In this document: positions 16,178 through 20,081 of the stretch, piece by piece
Layout of the letters: each line of letters starts with the position of its first letter
How positions within the stretch are numbered: position 1 is the stretch's first letter
Assembly: GCA_028702025.1 (NCBI GenBank)
Contig: JAQVPR010000035.1
Span: 1-20,081, forward strand
Direction: 5' to 3'
Length of the DNA: 20,081 nucleotides
Origin: Candidatus Cloacimonadota bacterium
Lineage (GTDB): Bacteria; Cloacimonadota; Cloacimonadia; Cloacimonadales; WRIO01
Notes under the pieces: model-generated
What the model was told of the DNA's origin: nothing
The model's input: the letters and a program-made list of their open reading frames with translations, nothing else
Databases searched by the model: none
Program-made: the position numbers and the translations under genes

Positions 16178-17248
16178 ATGAATATAGAAAATGATACAGC
16201 ATTTAATTTTGTTCAAGATTTACCTTCTGTGTTAATGACAGGAATTACGGGGTTTATTGGGAAACATACAGCATTAAAGATTATGAAGAAATATAATATA
16301 ACTGCATTAATCAGGCCGAATACTAAGAAAAAAAGATATACAGAATTTGAAAATGAGGTTAGATTAATTGAGCTTGATTTATCTGATAAGATGAAACTAC
16401 AAGAGTTTTTAGAAAAAAATAAATTTGATTTTATTTTGCACATTGGAGCTTTAAGAGGTGGTAGAGCTTTTAGTGCTGATGAATTTTTAAAAACAAATGT
16501 TGTAGCTACGGAAACCCTGTTAAATTATGCTGTAATAAATAATAGTAAGTTTATATTTTGTTCATCTGTAGGTGTGTTTGGTGCTATTCCGGTTGAATTA
16601 CCTGCTAATAATAACACTCCTTTTAAAGAGGATAATCTTTATCATAAAACCAAGATTATATGTGAAAAAATGATTCAAAAGGCTGTTTTGGATAAATCTT
16701 TAAAAGCCTATATTGTAAGACCTGCAATTACTTATGGTAAAGATGATTATGGATTTCCTTATACTTTAACAAAGTTAGTAGATAAGAGATTACTGTTTAT
16801 TCCTGATAAGAAAATATATATACATTTAACTAATGTTGACGCTCTTGCAGAGGCATTTAGTAAAATCTTAGAAAATGATTATCCTATTGGTAAAATCTGG
16901 ACTGTGGCAGATTACGAAAGAGTAAACTTTAATGACCTGATAGATTTTATTTATGAACGAATTGGTGATTATAAGAAATCAAAAATAAATCAAAAAAATG
17001 ATGATAATAATAAAACAGTAAATGATTTTAATAAGTATCCAAAATCTAGAGTTATAAGAAAAGAAGTCTTTGTTTTATTTACTAAATTAGCAAAGTTTTT
17101 TAAAAATGAGTTATGGACTTCAAGATTTGAATTAATATCAAATAGCTGGTATTATGATGTTAAACAGACATATGTTGATTTAAAACTTAAACAATACAAG
17201 ACGATTCCTGAATTTAAGGTTGTAGTTGATTGGTATTGTAAAAAATAA
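16178..17248 (+). CDS. NAD-dependent epimerase/dehydratase (extended SDR)
   Basis: The glycine-rich motif MTGITGFIGKH is present, with a catalytic Ser region (FCSSVGVFG) and Y-x-x-x-K (YHKTK). The C-terminal region contains an N/K-rich insertion. Confidence 0.85.
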   Translation: MNIENDTAFNFVQDLPSVLMTGITGFIGKHTALKIMKKYNITALIRPNTKKKRYTEFENEVRLIELDLSDKMKLQEFLEKNKFDFILHIGALRGGRAFSADEFLKTNVVATETLLNYAVINNSKFIFCSSVGVFGAIPVELPANNNTPFKEDNLYHKTKIICEKMIQKAVLDKSLKAYIVRPAITYGKDDYGFPYTLTKLVDKRLLFIPDKKIYIHLTNVDALAEAFSKILENDYPIGKIWTVADYERVNFNDLIDFIYERIGDYKKSKINQKNDDNNKTVNDFNKYPKSRVIRKEVFVLFTKLAKFFKNELWTSRFELISNSWYYDVKQTYVDLKLKQYKTIPEFKVVVDWYCKK

Positions 17249-17294
17249 CATTTGTGTGATTAAGATACTTGATTATTGTAAGCGGAGAAAGTAA

Positions 17295-18170
17295 ATGGCG
17301 ATACCGATTTTAGATTTTTGGAAAAAATATTATAGTAATCCTGATGAAGGTTTGGGCTCTACTTATGAAAGATTTATTATAAATGATATACTTGATAGAG
17401 TTGTTAAAGATTATGACATAAAATCTGTTTTAGAAGTTCCTTCATTTGGTTTTACCGGTTTATCGGGTATCAATAGTTTATGGCTTTCCTTAAATGGAAT
17501 GCAAGTAAATGTAGTTGATTCTGATAAGGAAAGATTAAACCTTGTTTCAGAGGTTTGGAATAAGATTGAATCAAAGTTGCATAATAAAATGTTAGCTGTA
17601 GATTTTACGTATTTAGAAAATTTTGATAAATTACCTTTTGATGATAATAGCTTTGATATGATATGGAATTTTTCTGCTATGTGGTTTGTACAAGATTTGG
17701 AGTTATTTTTATCTCAATTAGCTAATGTGTCTAAAAAAATAATCTTGATAATGGTTCCTAACAGAACAGGTTTAGGTTATTTACATCAGAAATATACAGG
17801 GAAAAAAGATTTATCTAAATATTTGATTGAAAACAATATAAAGAGTTCTGTTTTTATCCCGATACTCAAAAAATATGGATGGAATTTAATAGAAGATAAT
17901 TACTTAGATTGTCCGTTATGGCCAGATATTGGTATGAGTAAAGAAGATTTTTTAAGTAAACTTTTTTTGCGTAAAAAACCTGTCCCGAAATATAAAAAAA
18001 CAAAAGATGGAATAAGTATTATTGATTATTATATTGGAGCAAAACCTGAAATGAAATTATCATTAAACAAATATAAACTATTTGAAAATTTTGCTCCCGG
18101 TATCTTTAAAAAGATTTGGGCTCATCATCATTATTATCTTTTTGTTCCTGAGAAAAATAATAAAATATGA
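17295..18170 (+). CDS. Putative class I SAM-dependent methyltransferase (divergent)
   Basis: It has a Rossmann-like pattern: VLEVPSFGFTGLSG (a degenerate motif I), an acidic residue at the end of the next strand (VNVVDSD), FDMIWNFSAMWFV (motif II-like) and KKIILIMVPN. The motif I glycines are not canonical, so the call is tentative. Confidence 0.45.
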   Translation: MAIPILDFWKKYYSNPDEGLGSTYERFIINDILDRVVKDYDIKSVLEVPSFGFTGLSGINSLWLSLNGMQVNVVDSDKERLNLVSEVWNKIESKLHNKMLAVDFTYLENFDKLPFDDNSFDMIWNFSAMWFVQDLELFLSQLANVSKKIILIMVPNRTGLGYLHQKYTGKKDLSKYLIENNIKSSVFIPILKKYGWNLIEDNYLDCPLWPDIGMSKEDFLSKLFLRKKPVPKYKKTKDGISIIDYYIGAKPEMKLSLNKYKLFENFAPGIFKKIWAHHHYYLFVPEKNNKI

Positions 18171-19213
18171 AAATTATACAGAAAATTGTAATTAGTTTAA
18201 TTATAGGTACTTTATTAATTATTTTATGGTTAAGGTATATAGATTTTGCAGAATTATTATTTTATTTGAAACAGATAAATATCTTGCCTGTTATTCCTTC
18301 AATATTTTTTTATCTTATGTCATATTTTATTCGTTCCCAGAGGTTAAGAGCATTATTGTCGCACAAAACTATAATCCCTGTATTTAGAAATTACACTTAT
18401 GTTTTATCAGGAAATTTTGTTAATTATTTGATTCCTATTAGAGCGGGTGAAGTTATTAAGGCTTATTTTTATAAAAAAAATCATAACATAAAATGGGCAG
18501 AGTCTTTACCGTCAATCTTTATAGATAAATTTTTTGATACCTTTGCGATTTTTGTAGTTTTATTGTTAATTCCTTTTATTGGGATTACTCTTTCTGTGTA
18601 TTTAAAGCTATTGTTAGTAGTTTTAGTTTTGATTTTTATTTTAGGCTTTTTTATTTTATTTATGGCCTCTTTGAGAGAAAATAATAGGCTCGTTTTAGTT
18701 GATAAGAGTAAATTGAGTAGAGTTTATTTGATTATGAAAAGAATTTTTCATAAGTTACTTCTTTTATTGCCAATCAAATATAAAGATAAATTTTATGATT
18801 TTATTAAGCTTTTTTTGGAAGGTTTAGCTATTTTTAAAAATCATAAAAGGCTTTTTCCTGCTTGTTTGGTTTTAACACTTTTAGCGACTTTATCCGATAG
18901 TTTATTCTTTTTTTTAATGTTTAGAGCATTTAATGTACAAATAAATTTTGCATATATATTATTTGGTTATACACTGATATTTTTATCTTATATATTGCCT
19001 CATCCACCGGCACAAATTGGCAGTAATGAGGTTATAATGATTTTAATCTTTGCTATTGGATTTGGACTTGACGAAAACTTAGTTAGTGCAGTAATGTCAT
19101 TTTCTCATGTAATAACTGCTTTAGTGATTTTTATTACAGGGTCCTTGAGTTTAGCTTATGCCGGTATAAAATTAATAGACTTTATAAAAAATAAGGAGAT
19201 AGATAATGAATGA
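18167..19213 (+). CDS. LPG-synthase-TM / UPF0104 'flippase-like' integral membrane protein (paralog 2)
   Basis: The protein is polytopic and 348 aa. It carries the family-typical R-x-G-E motif after TM3 (IPIRAGEVIKAYF) and a late P-x-x-x-G-x-x-E motif (PHPPAQIGSNEVIMILI). It shares an ATGA start/stop overlap with the upstream gene. Confidence 0.65.
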   Translation: MKIIQKIVISLIIGTLLIILWLRYIDFAELLFYLKQINILPVIPSIFFYLMSYFIRSQRLRALLSHKTIIPVFRNYTYVLSGNFVNYLIPIRAGEVIKAYFYKKNHNIKWAESLPSIFIDKFFDTFAIFVVLLLIPFIGITLSVYLKLLLVVLVLIFILGFFILFMASLRENNRLVLVDKSKLSRVYLIMKRIFHKLLLLLPIKYKDKFYDFIKLFLEGLAIFKNHKRLFPACLVLTLLATLSDSLFFFLMFRAFNVQINFAYILFGYTLIFLSYILPHPPAQIGSNEVIMILIFAIGFGLDENLVSAVMSFSHVITALVIFITGSLSLAYAGIKLIDFIKNKEIDNE

Positions 19214-20081
19214 TGATAAGAAAAATTTAGAATTGTTGCAGTCACTGAAATCTGTAAAAGAATCAATTTTAATTCAGTTACATAAAGTTATAGTTGGACA
19301 AGATGAAGTAATCGAGCAAATTTTGATAGCTTTGTTTTCTAATGGTCATTGTTTAATTGAGGGAGTGCCCGGTCTTGCAAAGACTTTGATGATATCTTCT
19401 TTGTCAAAAATTTTAGATTTAAAATTTAGTAGGATACAGTTTACTCCGGACTTAATGCCCTCTGATATAACGGGTACTGAAATCTTGGTTGAAAATAAAG
19501 AAACCGGTCAAAGAGAATTTAAATACATTAAAGGACCTGTATTTTCAAATTTTATACTCGCTGATGAAATCAATAGAACCCCTCCTAAAACTCAATCTGC
19601 ATTACTACAAGCTATGCAGGAGTATGAGGTTACTGCCGGTAATGATACTTTTAAATTAGAACCTCCTTTCTTGGTCTTGGCAACTCAAAATCCTATTGAA
19701 CAAGAGGGTACATATCCTTTGCCCGAAGCACAACTTGATAGATTTATGTTTCATATCGTTATTGATTATCCTGACTTTGAACAAGAAAAAGATATTGTTA
19801 AACAAAGTTTTATTAGAAATAACACCATAAAAAATAAAGATAATACTATCCAATCTGTAATATCTAAAGAGCAAATTATTTCTATCCAACAAGCTATTAA
19901 TGATATCCCTGTTAATGATCACGTTATAGATTTTGCTGTTAAGTTGGTTAGAGCTAGTAGACCTAAAGCTAATGATGGGGATAGTCATATTTCTCCGGTA
20001 TTAAAAAGTATCAAAGAAAAAATTAACTGGGGTGCCGGTCCGAGAGCTTCACAGTTTTTAGTTATTGCTGCAAAAACAAGA
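19206..20081 (+). CDS. MoxR-family AAA+ ATPase, 3'-truncated by the window edge
   Basis: This ORF is absent from the supplied track because no stop codon is reached. Frame 3 from the ATG at 19206 reads MNDDKKNLELLQSLKSVKESILIQLHKVIVGQDEVIEQILIALFSNGHCLIEGVPGLAKTLMISSLSKILDLKFSRIQFTPDLMPSDITGTEI...ILADEINRTPPKTQSALLQAMQE...FLVLATQNPIEQEGTYPLPEAQLDRFMF...WGAGPRASQ. This is the classic MoxR (AAA_3) signature set. It overlaps the upstream stop by 8 nt. Confidence 0.9.
   Translation, partial: MNDDKKNLELLQSLKSVKESILIQLHKVIVGQDEVIEQILIALFSNGHCLIEGVPGLAKTLMISSLSKILDLKFSRIQFTPDLMPSDITGTEILVENKETGQREFKYIKGPVFSNFILADEINRTPPKTQSALLQAMQEYEVTAGNDTFKLEPPFLVLATQNPIEQEGTYPLPEAQLDRFMFHIVIDYPDFEQEKDIVKQSFIRNNTIKNKDNTIQSVISKEQIISIQQAINDIPVNDHVIDFAVKLVRASRPKANDGDSHISPVLKSIKEKINWGAGPRASQFLVIAAKTR

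Noticed and set aside
16950-17060. N/K-rich low-complexity insertion in the SDR (…KKSKINQKNDDNNKTVNDFNKYPK…) and similar stretches in the ABC protein, considered as possible repeats or a foreign insertion.
   Set aside because: There is no nucleotide-level tandem repeat. Such Asn/Lys-rich loops are a common by-product of strong AT bias.
19656-19988. Minus-strand 110-aa ORF near the window end.
   Set aside because: It overlaps the + strand frame that encodes an unmistakable MoxR AAA+ ATPase (GVPGLAKT, ADEINR, ATQNP…LPEAQLDRF). That gene is missing from the ORF track only because it runs off the window without a stop. The minus ORF is low-complexity N/I/F-rich and is a shadow ORF.
1-20081. CRISPR arrays, transposases, integrases, toxin-antitoxin pairs or known defence-system ATPase/nuclease signatures.
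   Set aside because: I found no regularly spaced direct repeats and no DDE, tyrosine-recombinase or serine-recombinase motifs in any frame of the ORF track. The only AAA+ protein is a canonical MoxR.

Overview
This is an AT-rich bacterial chromosomal segment, roughly 30% G+C by eye (not computed). I can support 17 protein genes, all on the + strand. They are tightly packed: gaps are 1-46 nt or the genes overlap by 4-40 nt. The one exception is a 395-nt intergenic region at 7114-7508. I saw no rRNA, tRNA, CRISPR array, transposase or integrase. The stop codons seen are TAA and TGA, and most genes have Shine-Dalgarno-like AGGAG/GGAG sites upstream. Block 1 (2-7113) holds a 5'-truncated DUF2851 gene, a 1128-aa fused ABC exporter (TerB-like plus FHA-like N-terminus, ATPase, ABC-2 permease), a family-2 glycosyltransferase, an LPG-synthase-TM/flippase-like membrane protein and a TSUP (TauE/SafE) permease. 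Block 2 (7509 to the window end) holds a UgpB-like CUT1 solute-binding lipoprotein with no transporter partners, thrS, a KdsD/KpsF-type arabinose-5-phosphate isomerase and a Gfo/Idh/MocA oxidoreductase. It continues with a compact polyprenyl-diphosphate synthase, UbiA-family prenyltransferase and GGGP-synthase (PcrB family) trio. After that come an overlapping PHP-type (CpsB/YwqE-like) phosphatase, an SDR epimerase/dehydratase, a putative methyltransferase, a second flippase-like membrane protein and a 3'-truncated MoxR AAA+ ATPase. The most interesting feature is the GGPPS / DGGGPS-like / GGGPS trio at 12816-15377. This is the enzyme set for an archaeal-type isoprenoid glycerol diether lipid core. 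Its neighbours are clearly bacterial: KdsD, a bacterial-type ThrRS, MoxR and DUF2851. No G1P dehydrogenase or CDP-archaeol synthase is in view, and the downstream genes could be an uncharacterised tailoring and export module. All functional calls rest on motif recognition by eye; no database search was run.
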